A stretch of 64,000 bases of DNA from an uncultured delta proteobacterium (GCA_963816395.1 CAWFKQ010000016.1:64001-128000), one strand, 5' to 3'; positions 19,867 through 30,566 are shown, counted from the first letter of the stretch. Translations and numbers: made by a program. Notes: generated by a model not told the origin, from the sequence alone.

Positions 19867-20839
19867 CCTTTTTAGGACCGATGAATTTTATATATAAAGC
19901 AGGAATTTCGCGTACTTTTGCATAAAGAGCGGGGAGCCCTCGTGCCAACCCTTTTGGCATGAACCTGATCATTAATATCAGAAGACTTCCATAGATGACG
20001 ATATCGTAATCCTGGGCTCCTCGCAGGATCTCGGGCAACAGCGTTATCAAAGCTGCTCCAAGAAATGAGCCGTAAATACTCCCCAGTCCGCCGATGACCA
20101 CCATGGTGAGCAGCTCGATGGAAAAATTGAAGCCGAACGAAGCGGGCGAAATGAATGTCATTGTGTGGGCGTAAAGACTGCCGGCCACTGAGGAAATGAT
20201 GGCTGAAAGTGCAAATATCTGTACTTTGAGAAGGCGCGCATTGACCCCCAACACCCGCGCCGCTACCTCAGAGTCGTGAATGGCCCGCAGGGCGCGTCCC
20301 ATACGGGAGCTTGCCAAATTTAGAGCCAAGAGAATAAAAACAAGAGTAAAGCCCCAAATCAGGTAGTAGTTCTTTAAATCGGAGTCAAAGGTAATTTGAC
20401 CCACTGTGAGATTGGGGATTCCAGAGAGACCAGATGGGCCGCCGGTCAGATCGATGGCCTCGGTGAAGGCGATATAGATGATAATCCCGAGTCCCAGCGT
20501 TGCCATGGCAAGGTAATGTCCTTTAAGCTTCAGGATCGGAAAACCGATTAGGAACGCCAATGCACCAACAATGATAGCTACCAGCGGCATTGTCGCCCAG
20601 GCATTCCAGCCATAGGTGCCAGTGAAAATGCCGGACATGTAGGCTCCCAGTCCGAAAAATCCGGCATGTCCGAGTGATATCTGGCCGGCATAACCCATAA
20701 GAAGGTTGAGCGCTACGGCGAGCGTGGTATTGATCCCGACGAATATCAGAACATTCATTAAGTATCCGCCATTGAAGGCCAGTGGCACCAGCAGAACAAT
20801 CAGGGCAAATATGAGGAATTTCAGGCGTTCTTTATTCAT
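19850..20839 (-). CDS. livM: ABC transporter permease
   Basis: GYAGQISLGHAGFFGLGAY, LKGHYLAMATLG, TGGPSG, GRALRAIHDSE. Confidence 0.92.
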   Translation of the reverse strand: MNKERLKFLIFALIVLLVPLAFNGGYLMNVLIFVGINTTLAVALNLLMGYAGQISLGHAGFFGLGAYMSGIFTGTYGWNAWATMPLVAIIVGALAFLIGFPILKLKGHYLAMATLGLGIIIYIAFTEAIDLTGGPSGLSGIPNLTVGQITFDSDLKNYYLIWGFTLVFILLALNLASSRMGRALRAIHDSEVAARVLGVNARLLKVQIFALSAIISSVAGSLYAHTMTFISPASFGFNFSIELLTMVVIGGLGSIYGSFLGAALITLLPEILRGAQDYDIVIYGSLLILMIRFMPKGLARGLPALYAKVREIPALYIKFIGPKKGAEHA

Positions 20840-20843
20840 ATTG

Positions 20844-21725
20844 TCATACCCTCTCACTTTCTGCCTTGCCGAACAGCCCTTGTGGCCGCATAAACAGTAT
20901 TAGGAGGAGAACAATGAAGGCCGTCGCGTCTTTGTATCCGGAAGAAATCAATCCGGCCCCCAAGGATTCGAGCAAGCCGAGGAGCAATCCTCCGACGACC
21001 GTGGGGAGGCCGCCGCTCATACCGCCGATAATGGCAGCGCAGAAGCCTTTTAGGCCGAGCATGATCCCCACGTCGTAGGCCGTCATAGTCAAGGGGGCAA
21101 TAATGATACCGGCCACCGCTCCCATAGCCGAACTGATGACGAATGAGAACAGAACCATGTGCCGCACGTCGATCCCCACCAGGCCGGCGGCTCGCCGATT
21201 AAAGGAGCAGGCGCGCATGGCCTTGCCGCTGATGGTGTGGTAGAAATAAAACCTGTTGATGGCGATGATTATTAGGGTGATGCCAAATATCCAAAGATGT
21301 TGCGGCAGGATGGTGGCCCCGCCGATGGTGATTGGCTTAGCACTGGAAAACGCAGGGATGGCGTGCGTGTCCTTGCCCCACAACAGCATAGCCAGTCCCC
21401 GGATTAGAATGCTGCCGCCGAGGGTGATGATGATCATGTTAATGGCTGTTGGTTGGCGGAGCGGTCGGATGGCGAGACGCTCGAACAAAAAGCCGACCAA
21501 GGTTGTGGCCGCCACAGCAAAGGGAATCGCCAGCCAGGTCGGCAATCTGAACAGCTCCAGGAAAAAGAGGGTCAACATGGCGCCCAGCATTACGAATTCA
21601 CCCTGCGCAAAGTTGATGATGCCGGTAGCGTTATAGATGATCGCAAACCCGAGGCCGACAAGGGAGTAGATCGCCCCGGTTGAAAGGCCGGACACTGTGT
21701 ATTGAATGATCTGATCAAACTGCAT
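20844..21725 (-). CDS. livH: ABC transporter permease
   Basis: GAIYSLVGLG, INFAQGEF, GKAMRA, LKGFCAAIIGG, RPQGLFG. Confidence 0.92.
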   Translation of the reverse strand: MQFDQIIQYTVSGLSTGAIYSLVGLGFAIIYNATGIINFAQGEFVMLGAMLTLFFLELFRLPTWLAIPFAVAATTLVGFLFERLAIRPLRQPTAINMIIITLGGSILIRGLAMLLWGKDTHAIPAFSSAKPITIGGATILPQHLWIFGITLIIIAINRFYFYHTISGKAMRACSFNRRAAGLVGIDVRHMVLFSFVISSAMGAVAGIIIAPLTMTAYDVGIMLGLKGFCAAIIGGMSGGLPTVVGGLLLGLLESLGAGLISSGYKDATAFIVLLLILFMRPQGLFGKAESERV

Positions 21726-21815
21726 TGGGTATCCCCTCTGGACCATCAGTAAGACATAACGATCCTGGCCTTTGGGTGCTCATAAATATATTTGCGGTTT
21801 GCTTCAGGAGGCTCA

Positions 21816-21857
21816 TCCAGCCAGATAGCCGACTAGACTACCAGCTATCTGGCTGGA
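21816..21857. repeat. Perfect 14-bp intercistronic stem-loop between livK and livH
   Basis: TCCAGCCAGATAGC-14 nt-GCTATCTGGCTGGA. Confidence 0.85.
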
Positions 21858-21888
21858 ATCGAATTTATCGATTAGAATTAGAGAGCCA

Positions 21889-23034
21889 TTACTTGGTCAG
21901 CACAAATTCCCCTTTAGAAATCCTAACCATTTCAAAGGCGGAGAGATCAAGACCATTGTGTTGTTCAGGGTTCAGGTTGAACACGCCGGAAACACTGACC
22001 AGTTTCTTGGTCTGTTCGATACCGTCTCTGATGTTTTCAGGGGTGGACCCGACCTTTTCAATAGCGCCGGCTATCAGAAGAAAGGCATCATAGGTATAGC
22101 CGCCAAAACTTGAGGGTTCGTCGCCATACGCCTTTTTGTACTTTTGATCATAATCTTTGAGCAAAACTTTCTGGGAGTCTGACTTCGGAAGACTATTGTA
22201 GATCGCCAGTTTGCCAGTCGGGAGCATTACCCCTTCGGCAGCCTTATTGCCAGCCAGTTGAATGTATTTTTTGGAGGCAACACCATGGCTCATGTAAAGT
22301 GGGATCTTTATGCCAAGTTGTTGAACGTTTCTAGTGATGATCGCCGGCCCAGGATTGGTACCCCAGCAAATAATGGCGTCCGGGTTGATGCCTCTGATCT
22401 TGGTCAGTTGTGCGGTCATATCGGTGTCTTTGGGGCCATAGACTTCGTCGGCCACGATGGAAAAACCTTTCTGCCCGGCTATCGCCTTGAGTTGTTCGCG
22501 ACCGGAGGCGCCAAAACCATCGGTAACCGTCAAGAGAGCAATAGTTCTCTGCTTTTTTTCAGCCATGTAATTGAGGATCTTTTCGGCTGCAACATGATCG
22601 TTGGGGGGGGTCTTAAACACCCAGTGCTTCACTGGATCGGTGATCTTGATGCTGGCCCCGCCGGATATCATGGGAATCTTCTCCTTCTCGGCCAAATGGA
22701 TGACCGCCATGCTCTCTCCGGAGGTGGTTGGGCCGATGATGACACTTACCTTGTCGTCCTTGATCAATTTAGTGGCCAGCTGGACCGCCTTGGTAGGATC
22801 GCCTCCGGTGTCGTATATGATAGCTTCAAGTTTCTTGCCGTTTATGCCCCCTTGTTCGTTGGTTTCTTTCACCAGCAGCTCAAGGGTTTTCTTCATCGGA
22901 TCACCAAGAAAAGAAGCTGGCCCGGTCACAGAAAACAGACCCCCGATCTTGATCGTGTCGGAAGAGGCAAAAGCACTGCCACAAGACAGAATCGCTATCA
23001 GTCCCGAAATAATGCCTACGAAGTAACTCTTCAT
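21889..23034 (-). CDS. livK: ABC transporter substrate-binding protein (LivK-like, aromatic-compound-binding type)
   Basis: Signal peptide; IKIGGLFSVTGPASFLG, GGINGK, HWVFKTP, DTDMTAQLTKI, SHGVAS, HNGLD. Confidence 0.88.
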   Translation of the reverse strand: MKSYFVGIISGLIAILSCGSAFASSDTIKIGGLFSVTGPASFLGDPMKKTLELLVKETNEQGGINGKKLEAIIYDTGGDPTKAVQLATKLIKDDKVSVIIGPTTSGESMAVIHLAEKEKIPMISGGASIKITDPVKHWVFKTPPNDHVAAEKILNYMAEKKQRTIALLTVTDGFGASGREQLKAIAGQKGFSIVADEVYGPKDTDMTAQLTKIRGINPDAIICWGTNPGPAIITRNVQQLGIKIPLYMSHGVASKKYIQLAGNKAAEGVMLPTGKLAIYNSLPKSDSQKVLLKDYDQKYKKAYGDEPSSFGGYTYDAFLLIAGAIEKVGSTPENIRDGIEQTKKLVSVSGVFNLNPEQHNGLDLSAFEMVRISKGEFVLTK

Positions 23035-23139
23035 TGTAAAACTCCTTTTTGGGTGGTACGCCGTTTTGCAAAAGAGAGATCCTTTGTTCACCTTCCCTGC
23101 AGCCTTAAGAAATTCCTACAGGTAAAGCAATCTCCCGCG

Positions 23140-24099
23140 TTATTCCTTTCTCAATGATTTAGTCTCCAAAGTTTTGACCAAGCCACGGATCATACTGTTG
23201 TAAGGAGTGGCAACTCCGGCTTGTGCGCCGTATTCAATTATCTTTCCGTTTATGTAGTCGATTTCGGTCCGACGGCCCGCCTCGATGTCTTGTAACATCG
23301 ATGGCTTGAGATTGCCGGCCTTTTTTATGTAATTGATACAGTAAGGATAATAGTCAGAACCGAGGGCAAATTCGCTGGCGCGGGCCACGGCGACCCCCTC
23401 TTTGACTAGTGCATCGACGAGACTAAAGAGAATGGGGTCGCGGACGGTCTCGACAATGGTATTTCCCGTTACGGCGCAGATGGCCATCATGCAGGAGTTC
23501 AGCACGGACTTTCGCCAAACCATGTCGGCTATTTTCTCGGTGTGCAAAGTGTCGAGGCCGCACTCGGTCAAAACGTTGCAGATACCAATTGCGGCTTCTT
23601 TAGACTGGGGAGCGAGTTCTTGAAGAAAATTCGGCCGGTGATGAAAGACTACCCGGATATGGCACGGAGCCAGCGGAGAACACCCATAATTGACGACACC
23701 CCGCATGACATGTTTGGCTCCGAGATTTTGGGCCAGGACCAATTCTGTGTCGATGCCGTTTTGCCAGCTAACGACGTAACGCCCTTCGGCGACGAAGCCC
23801 TCGAGAGCGGAGGCGATCAAGGGGAGGGCCGTGGCTTTGGCGGTTATAATGATGACATCAGGCGGATCTGAAATGAGATCCTCGATCCTGGTGGTGACCC
23901 TTGACACACCCGCCTGCAGGTTATCTACTCCTTCTATGATGATGCCGGGTTTAATGGCCGGTTCCAGGAGACCAGGGATGACATCGCAGAGCGTGACGTT
24001 ATAACCTCCCCTGGCAAGGAAGGCGGCGACAACCCCCCCCACCGGCCCGGCGCCGATGACTGCAAATTTAGTTGGCTTATAGTTGCATTCTTCCTTCAT
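23140..24099 (-). CDS. Ketopantoate reductase (PanE/ApbA) family 2-oxoacid reductase
   Basis: GAGPVGG Rossmann motif, SWQNG, WRKSVLN, PSMLQDIEAGRRTEIDYINGKI. Confidence 0.88.
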   Translation of the reverse strand: MKEECNYKPTKFAVIGAGPVGGVVAAFLARGGYNVTLCDVIPGLLEPAIKPGIIIEGVDNLQAGVSRVTTRIEDLISDPPDVIIITAKATALPLIASALEGFVAEGRYVVSWQNGIDTELVLAQNLGAKHVMRGVVNYGCSPLAPCHIRVVFHHRPNFLQELAPQSKEAAIGICNVLTECGLDTLHTEKIADMVWRKSVLNSCMMAICAVTGNTIVETVRDPILFSLVDALVKEGVAVARASEFALGSDYYPYCINYIKKAGNLKPSMLQDIEAGRRTEIDYINGKIIEYGAQAGVATPYNSMIRGLVKTLETKSLRKE

Positions 24100-24192
24100 A
24101 GGGCGGACTCCTCGAAATAAGAAAACTGCGGTGCCTGACACGTTCCTGCCCGGAAACTGCCGATAGGCATCCGGATTTTCCGTATGCGCACA

Positions 24193-24642
24193 TTAGATCC
24201 ATTCCTGGATCATACCGAAGGACTCGGAATCAAGGACCTTGATGCCATGGGCTTGCAGTACCTCGATCGCCAGATCATTATCGCTGAAGCGGAAGATCAT
24301 CACCGCTTTTCCCGGTGCGGAGCCGATGCCAGCCATGGCATACATGTAACTGACATTCAACTGGGCATCCTTAATGAAGCTCAGCATACGGGCCAGACTG
24401 CCGGGGATATCTTCCATTTCCGCTGCGACGACATCGTCAACCCGGGCTGGAAACTGTTTTTCCATGATTACCTGGCGGGCTTTGATAATATCGGACACGA
24501 GAATGCGCAGGACGCCGAATCCGGAAAGGTCGCAGATGGATAGGGATCTCAGATTAAGCCCGGCCACCCCGAGGCAATTGGTGACCTCATAGAGGCGGCC
24601 AGGGGCGTTTTCAAGGAAAATGGATAGCTGTTTTAATTTCAT
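24193..24642 (-). CDS. Tandem ACT-domain protein
   Basis: KQLSIFLENAPGRL, FGVLRILV, D.PGSLA, NVSYMYA. Confidence 0.88.
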   Translation of the reverse strand: MKLKQLSIFLENAPGRLYEVTNCLGVAGLNLRSLSICDLSGFGVLRILVSDIIKARQVIMEKQFPARVDDVVAAEMEDIPGSLARMLSFIKDAQLNVSYMYAMAGIGSAPGKAVMIFRFSDNDLAIEVLQAHGIKVLDSESFGMIQEWI

Positions 24643-24660
24643 GAGAATCCCTTCTGGACT

Positions 24661-25236
24661 CTATGCGGCTGAAGCCCCTCCGCTGAGGGCTTTAAGGTTG
24701 ATCTCAGTTCCTTTACCAGCGGAGAGCATCTTGAGCACACTCTCGATGACCAGAGGATCGAGAGGGAGGTCCTTCATCACGGAACCAACCATAACCATAT
24801 TGACCGCCTTGGCATTGCCGGCCTTCTGAGCAATGGAGAGCGCATCGATATCGTGGGCGTTGCTGCATGCCCGGCTGATCTGCTCCTCCACATCGGTAGG
24901 ATACGTGGCCAGGCCGGAGGCTACGGTGCTGGGGTTAATGGTGGCCTTGTTGTAGACCAGTTTCCCGCCGGCCTTGAGATAGTGTACGTACCTGAGCGCC
25001 TCCAAGGGCTCGAAAGAGATCAGGATGTCGGCACTGCCGGGGAGGACCGCCGGTGAGTAAACTTTTTTCCCGATACGGACGAAGGAGATAACACTCCCTC
25101 CACGCTGGGCCATGCCATGTACTTCATTCTGCTTGACATCCAGGCCGCTGGCCAGGGCGCTTTCGGCAAGCACCTTGGACGCCATGAGGACACCCTGCCC
25201 GCCGACCCCGGTAATGACGATATTAAAGACTTCCAT
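24661..25236 (-). CDS. iorB: Indolepyruvate:ferredoxin oxidoreductase beta subunit
   Basis: GVGGQG, EVHGMAQRGGSV, FEPLEALR, NMVMVG. Confidence 0.93.
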   Translation of the reverse strand: MEVFNIVITGVGGQGVLMASKVLAESALASGLDVKQNEVHGMAQRGGSVISFVRIGKKVYSPAVLPGSADILISFEPLEALRYVHYLKAGGKLVYNKATINPSTVASGLATYPTDVEEQISRACSNAHDIDALSIAQKAGNAKAVNMVMVGSVMKDLPLDPLVIESVLKMLSAGKGTEINLKALSGGASAA

Positions 25237-26993
25237 TAGTTCCTCCGATTCTCAATTTCCGACATGGCGTCGAATTTACACAGTTGGGCGCAGACACCAC
25301 ATCCGTTGCAGATGTTGGGGTCCACGGTTACCTTCGGTTTGTCGCCTGAATTCTTCAGTCCCAAAGCCACGCAAGCTGCCTTCAGGCATGCACGACATCC
25401 CGTGCACTTATCCGGGTCCACGGTCAGGATGGGTTGTTTCACCCGATAACGTAAGATGCAGGGATTCTTGTCCACCAGGACGTAGGGACCTGGGATCTCA
25501 AGGCCCTTTTTGATGGCAGCCTCGGTCTCAGCGAGGTTATAGGAGTTGATTTCGACAACATTTTCGACGCCCAGCACCTTGACCAATTCCACCATGTCCA
25601 CCTGTTTGGCCGTCCCGCCCTGCAGTACGCTGCCACTGCCGGGGTTCTCCTGCCCGCCGGTCATGCCGGTGGTGCGATTGTCCATGATAATGACCAGGGC
25701 ATTGCCGCCGTTATAGACCAGGTTAAGCAATCCGGTCATTCCCGAGTGGAAAAAGGTGGAATCGCCGATGACGGCAACGGGTTTTTCCGTTCTGCCGGCA
25801 ATCTCGTTGATTCTGGCCATGCCGTGAGCGGCGCTGATGCTCGCTCCCATGCAAATGCAGGTATGCATGGCGCTCATGGGAGGAAGCGCGCCGAGGGTGT
25901 AACAGCCGATATCGCCGGCAACAAAAACCTTGAGTTTACTGAGGATGGAGAACAATCCGCGGTGAGCGCAACCAGGACAGAAGGTGGGGGGACGTTGGGG
26001 AAGGCCTGCGACAGGACTCGTCCCCTCAATTTCCTTCTTTCCTGCCGCTGTCCTGATAATTGCCGAATCGACTTCCAAACAGTAAGGAATTTTGTTTTTT
26101 CCGATATCGACTCGAATCCCCATGGCCCGTATTTGTTCTTCAAATATGGCGTCCATCTCTTCGACTACCATGAGGCGTTTAACCCTGCCGGCAAATTCCC
26201 GGATCATTTTCTCCGGCAGGGGGTGGGCCAGGCCTAATTTGAGAACTGAGGCGGTAGGAAAAGCCTCTTTCACATGCTGATAAGAAACGCCTGAGGTAAT
26301 GATACCCAGATCAATATCCGCCATCTCGACCCGGTTGAGCGGTGTCGTTTCCGCGTACTCCTGCAATTTGAGCAGCCGCGCTTCCACCTCTACATGCTTT
26401 ATCTTGCCGAAGTTGGGCAGCATCACGTTTTTGGGCACGTTTTTGACCCATTCTCTGATCTTCGGCGAGATCTTTTCCCGTTGCTCGACACAACACTTCG
26501 CATGGGCCGTGCGAGTGGTGGTGCGAAGCATGACCGGCGTATCGAACTGCTCGGAAATTTCGAGTCCTGCCCGCACAAAATCATAAGCCTCTTGGGAATC
26601 GGCTGGATCCAACATGGGTACTTTGGCAAACTTTGCGTAATTGCGGCTGTCCTGTTCATTCTGGGAAGAATGCTGCCCCGGGTCGTCGGCCACCATCAGG
26701 ATCAGTCCAGCATTGACGCCGGTGTAAGTAAAGCTCATCAGCGCGTCGGCAGCGACATTAACCCCGACGTGTTTCATGGTAGCCAAGGCCCTGCCGCCGG
26801 CAATGGAGGCACCGATCGCTGCTTCCAACCCGACCTTCTCGTTGGGCGCCCATTCGCAGTAGACCTCACCTAGTCGGGCTACCTCTTCCAGTGTTTCGGT
26901 ACTGGGGGTGCCGGGATAGCCTGAGGCGAAGACCCCACCGGAATCCCCAAAGCTCAAAGCAATGGCTTCGTTGCCTGAAATTATTTTTTTCAT
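25236..26993 (-). CDS. iorA: Indolepyruvate:ferredoxin oxidoreductase alpha subunit
   Basis: GNEAIA, GYPGTPSTE, MKHVGVNVAAD, SSQNEQD, FCPGCAHR, GDIGCY, GDSTFFHSG, C-terminal 2x[4Fe-4S]. Confidence 0.94.
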   Translation of the reverse strand: MKKIISGNEAIALSFGDSGGVFASGYPGTPSTETLEEVARLGEVYCEWAPNEKVGLEAAIGASIAGGRALATMKHVGVNVAADALMSFTYTGVNAGLILMVADDPGQHSSQNEQDSRNYAKFAKVPMLDPADSQEAYDFVRAGLEISEQFDTPVMLRTTTRTAHAKCCVEQREKISPKIREWVKNVPKNVMLPNFGKIKHVEVEARLLKLQEYAETTPLNRVEMADIDLGIITSGVSYQHVKEAFPTASVLKLGLAHPLPEKMIREFAGRVKRLMVVEEMDAIFEEQIRAMGIRVDIGKNKIPYCLEVDSAIIRTAAGKKEIEGTSPVAGLPQRPPTFCPGCAHRGLFSILSKLKVFVAGDIGCYTLGALPPMSAMHTCICMGASISAAHGMARINEIAGRTEKPVAVIGDSTFFHSGMTGLLNLVYNGGNALVIIMDNRTTGMTGGQENPGSGSVLQGGTAKQVDMVELVKVLGVENVVEINSYNLAETEAAIKKGLEIPGPYVLVDKNPCILRYRVKQPILTVDPDKCTGCRACLKAACVALGLKNSGDKPKVTVDPNICNGCGVCAQLCKFDAMSEIENRRN

Positions 26994-27091
26994 AAGCTAA
27001 ATACTCCTTCTCGTTGTGGCGTTCCGTTCCGCAGCATGAACTACGAACCGGAAAGAAATTGGTTATACTTCCGATGGCCGGCAGAGGTTCA

Positions 27092-28432
27092 CTAAAGGTA
27101 TTTCAGCTCCTTCCCCCGGGCGGTCAATTCAGCGCGGAACTGGGGATGGGCGATATCGATCAGTGCACGCGTGCGCTGACGGATGCTCTTGGCGTACAGA
27201 TCTGCTACTCCATACTCCGTCACCACATGATGGACATGGTTGCGGCTGGTTACCACACCTGCTCCATGCTTCAGCATCGGAACTATCTTGCTGACCATGG
27301 TTCCGTCTTTCATAATCGAAGTGCTCGGCATGGCGATGACCGACACCCCGCCTTTGGAGCGGGAGGCACCGTAGACAAAGTCCAACTGCCCACCAACGGC
27401 TGAATAAAACCTCGGGCCTATACTGTCGGCGCAGACCTGTCCGGTGAAATCCACTTCAATAGCGGCATTGATCGAGACCATCCGATCATTTTGCGCAATC
27501 ACAAAAGGGTCATTGATGTACTCGGTACGGTGCATTTCGATCATGGGATTGTTATTGGCCCAACGGTAGAGGCGCTTAGTCCCCAGGAGGAATCCGCAGA
27601 CGATCTTGCCTTTATGGAGGGTTTTGCGGGAACAGTTTATAACTCCCGCCTCCACCAGGTCGATGACTCCGTCGGAAATCAGTTCCGAATGTATGCCGAG
27701 ATCTTTTTTATTAAAGAGATGCTTGAGTACTGAGTCTGGAATAGAGCCGATTCCAAGCTGCAGTGTTGCGCCGTCAGGGATCAAACTAGAAATATGGCCC
27801 GCAAGCTGTTCGACAGTTTCCGGGTCACCCTCTTCACCCATATGTCTTTCGGGAAGAGGAGAAGCAGCCTCAACGATGCGGTGCATGCGGGACACGTGCA
27901 TAAAGGTGTCTCCCAACATCCGCGGCACATTCGAGTTTACTTGGGCAATAACCGTTTTGGCGGATTCCGCAGCCGTTATGGAGAGCCCAGATTCCGTGCC
28001 CAGCGAGCAGAAACCGTTTTCGTCAGGCGTCGATACGTTGAGAATCGCCACATCGAGGGGCAAGTGACCGTTTTTGAACAAGAGGGGATATTCCGAAAGC
28101 AGGACAGGGGTGAAATCAGCACGCCCTTCGTTAACAGCCTGGCGAACATTGGGGCTGATGAACATGGTGTTGACCCTGATATGGCCCTGCATCTCGGGGG
28201 CAACGTAATCAGACGGACAAATTGTCACCGCTTGGCAAACTTCTACGTGCTGAAGTTTCGGCGCACGCTTAACCAGAGCTTCCAGTAAATACATTGGTAC
28301 GGAAGCGTTCCCAGTCAGAAAGAGGCGATCGCCGGAATTAACACCTTTGATTGCTTCATCGGCGGTCATCACTCGAGAAGCATAAATCTCCTGCCAGTCC
28401 GTGATTGCTCTACAGGTCGTCGGGGCCACCAT
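27092..28432 (-). CDS. Family I acyl-CoA transferase/hydrolase (4-hydroxybutyrate CoA-transferase-like)
   Basis: GATLQLGIGSIPD, LGIHSE, INAAIEVDFTGQV, GGQLDF..GA, VVTEYGVADL; RBS AAGGAG before ATG 28432. Confidence 0.9.
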   Translation of the reverse strand: MVAPTTCRAITDWQEIYASRVMTADEAIKGVNSGDRLFLTGNASVPMYLLEALVKRAPKLQHVEVCQAVTICPSDYVAPEMQGHIRVNTMFISPNVRQAVNEGRADFTPVLLSEYPLLFKNGHLPLDVAILNVSTPDENGFCSLGTESGLSITAAESAKTVIAQVNSNVPRMLGDTFMHVSRMHRIVEAASPLPERHMGEEGDPETVEQLAGHISSLIPDGATLQLGIGSIPDSVLKHLFNKKDLGIHSELISDGVIDLVEAGVINCSRKTLHKGKIVCGFLLGTKRLYRWANNNPMIEMHRTEYINDPFVIAQNDRMVSINAAIEVDFTGQVCADSIGPRFYSAVGGQLDFVYGASRSKGGVSVIAMPSTSIMKDGTMVSKIVPMLKHGAGVVTSRNHVHHVVTEYGVADLYAKSIRQRTRALIDIAHPQFRAELTARGKELKYL

Positions 28433-28477
28433 TGCTCTCCTTAATTCAGATATTCCATTACCCGTAAACTCTTTCAA

Positions 28478-30565
28478 TTAAACCCTGATCCTTCCGTCCA
28501 CGGCGTAGACGGCATCGGCAAAGGCCATGATCGGGTTCAGGTCCATCTCCTGGATCATCGGCAGATCGCTCAGCAGCTGCGAAAGGCGCTGGATGAGGTT
28601 GACCACCTTCTCCTTGTCGATCCCCGCCTCACCCCGCACCCCGTCGAGCAGGGCCGAAGTCTTGATGGAGGCGAGCATCTCCCGCGCCTCCAGGCGGGTG
28701 ACCGGGGCGATCTTGAACACCACGTCCTTGAGGACCTCAACATAGATGCCGCCGAGGCCGAACATCACCAGGTGCCCCAGCCCCCTTTCGGCGGAGGCGC
28801 CGATGATCAGCTCGCGGCCGCCGGGGAGGAACTTCTGGATAAAGAAACGCAGCCTGCCGAATCTTCCCAGGCGCTTCTGCATATCCTCCACCGCGGCACG
28901 GACGGCAGCAGCATCCTTGAGGTTGATCGCTACCCCGCCCATATCGCTCTTGTGGTCGATCTCCTCGCAGTCGACCTTCACCACCACCGGATAGCCGATC
29001 GCTTCCGCCGCCTCCACCGCCCCGGCGGCGTCCGCCGCGATCCGCCAGGGGGCCACGGGGATGCCGTAGGCCGAGAAAATCGAGTAGACCTCGGTGGCGG
29101 AGAGGACGCTGCGGCCGGCCTGCTGCGCCTGCTCGATGATCGACCGGGCGCGGGCGGCGTCGACCCCGGCAAAGCTCTCCGGCTGGCCGATATCGCGCCG
29201 CTGGAGCCGGCCGTAACGGGTGAGGGCGCCCAGGGCCTTGGCGGCATCGCTGGGATTGGCGTAGCAGGGGACGCCGCCTTCCTTGAGAATACGGCTGGTG
29301 ATTTCGAATCGTTCCAGGCAGAGATTGGTCATGAAGTTGCAGACGATCGGCTTTTTGCCCATTCTGCTTACCGCAACGATCTCCCGTGCGATGCCTTGGG
29401 TATCGGAGAAGGGGGCGGTGACGAAATTCATGAAGATGCTGTCGACTCCCTCGTCCGCCATAAGCACATCCAAGGCGGCGCGAAAGTGCAGCGCGCCTGC
29501 GGTTGCCACCACGTCAACAGGATTTCCCAGCGCCGCCTCCGGAAGCTGTGTCTCCTTGAGCTGGTTGATGGATTTTTCAGAGAGACGCGGAACGTCCATG
29601 CCGTTTGCCACCAGCACGTCTGTTGCAATTACCGCGGGTCCACCGGTATTGGTAATGACACCCACCCGATTTCCCGCAGGTATCGGCTGGTACTCAAATG
29701 CCATTGCGGCACGTACCATCTCCCCCTCATCTGTGAAGGAAAGGACCCCGGTCTTCTCGAAAATGAGCTCGGTGGCGATGTCCACTCCAGCCAGGGAGCC
29801 GGTGTGGGAAGAGGCCGCCTTGGCCCCCTGCTCGGTACGCCCGGCCTTCATGGCAAGAATTGGTTTCTTAGGCGCCACCACCGTCGCTGCCTCGAGGAAC
29901 TCCCTCGGATTAGCGAATCCTTCGGTATACAGGATGACCGCCTTCGTTCCCTCGTCATTTCCCCAGTAGCGGAGAATTTCGGAGATGGAAACATCGCAGG
30001 CATTCCCGTTGGAGGCGTACATACGCATGCCGATATCCAGATCAAACAACGCCTGCATGATGATGGTGCCGACCCCGCCGCTTAAGGCGACCACCGAAAT
30101 GCCGCCCGGCTTAGGGTAGGTAAAGGTGAAATTGCAATAGGCTTTGAGGGCCGGGTCGGAATTGATGATCCCCTGACAGTTGGGGCCGAAAAGCCGCACC
30201 CCATATTCCTTTGCATTGTCGAGGAACTCCTTCTGAAGCCTCTCACCTTCCTCTCCCATCTCGCTGAACCCAGCGGAGTTTATGATTGCTGCCTTGACTC
30301 CTTTTTTGCCACAATCGATGATTGCCTGGGGGACCATGGCGCTGGGGATTATGATGTGGGCCAAGTCGATCTCAGAGTGGACCTCGGCAAGGGAAGGATA
30401 AGCTTTAATGCCGCGCACTTCAGGGGCAGTTGGATTGATGGGATATATCTCCCCCGTGTAGCCGTAAAGTTGCAGGTTTCCAATGATGACATTGCCGATG
30501 GAAAATTCTTTGCTGGAGGCGCCGACGATAGCAATCGCCTTTGGCTTAAAAAGTGCGTCCAACAT
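28478..30565 (-). CDS. ADP-forming acyl-CoA synthetase (fused alpha-beta, ACD family)
   Basis: AIVGAS, YPINP, GPNCQG, AASSHTGSLAG phospho-His motif, HKSDMGGV, FGLGGIYVEVLKD, MDLNP. Confidence 0.92.
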   Translation of the reverse strand: MLDALFKPKAIAIVGASSKEFSIGNVIIGNLQLYGYTGEIYPINPTAPEVRGIKAYPSLAEVHSEIDLAHIIIPSAMVPQAIIDCGKKGVKAAIINSAGFSEMGEEGERLQKEFLDNAKEYGVRLFGPNCQGIINSDPALKAYCNFTFTYPKPGGISVVALSGGVGTIIMQALFDLDIGMRMYASNGNACDVSISEILRYWGNDEGTKAVILYTEGFANPREFLEAATVVAPKKPILAMKAGRTEQGAKAASSHTGSLAGVDIATELIFEKTGVLSFTDEGEMVRAAMAFEYQPIPAGNRVGVITNTGGPAVIATDVLVANGMDVPRLSEKSINQLKETQLPEAALGNPVDVVATAGALHFRAALDVLMADEGVDSIFMNFVTAPFSDTQGIAREIVAVSRMGKKPIVCNFMTNLCLERFEITSRILKEGGVPCYANPSDAAKALGALTRYGRLQRRDIGQPESFAGVDAARARSIIEQAQQAGRSVLSATEVYSIFSAYGIPVAPWRIAADAAGAVEAAEAIGYPVVVKVDCEEIDHKSDMGGVAINLKDAAAVRAAVEDMQKRLGRFGRLRFFIQKFLPGGRELIIGASAERGLGHLVMFGLGGIYVEVLKDVVFKIAPVTRLEAREMLASIKTSALLDGVRGEAGIDKEKVVNLIQRLSQLLSDLPMIQEMDLNPIMAFADAVYAVDGRIRV

Positions 30566-30566
30566 C

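Noticed and set aside
23140..24099. Housekeeping panE for pantothenate synthesis
   Set aside because: No pan genes nearby and it is embedded in a catabolic operon; family call kept, symbol withheld.
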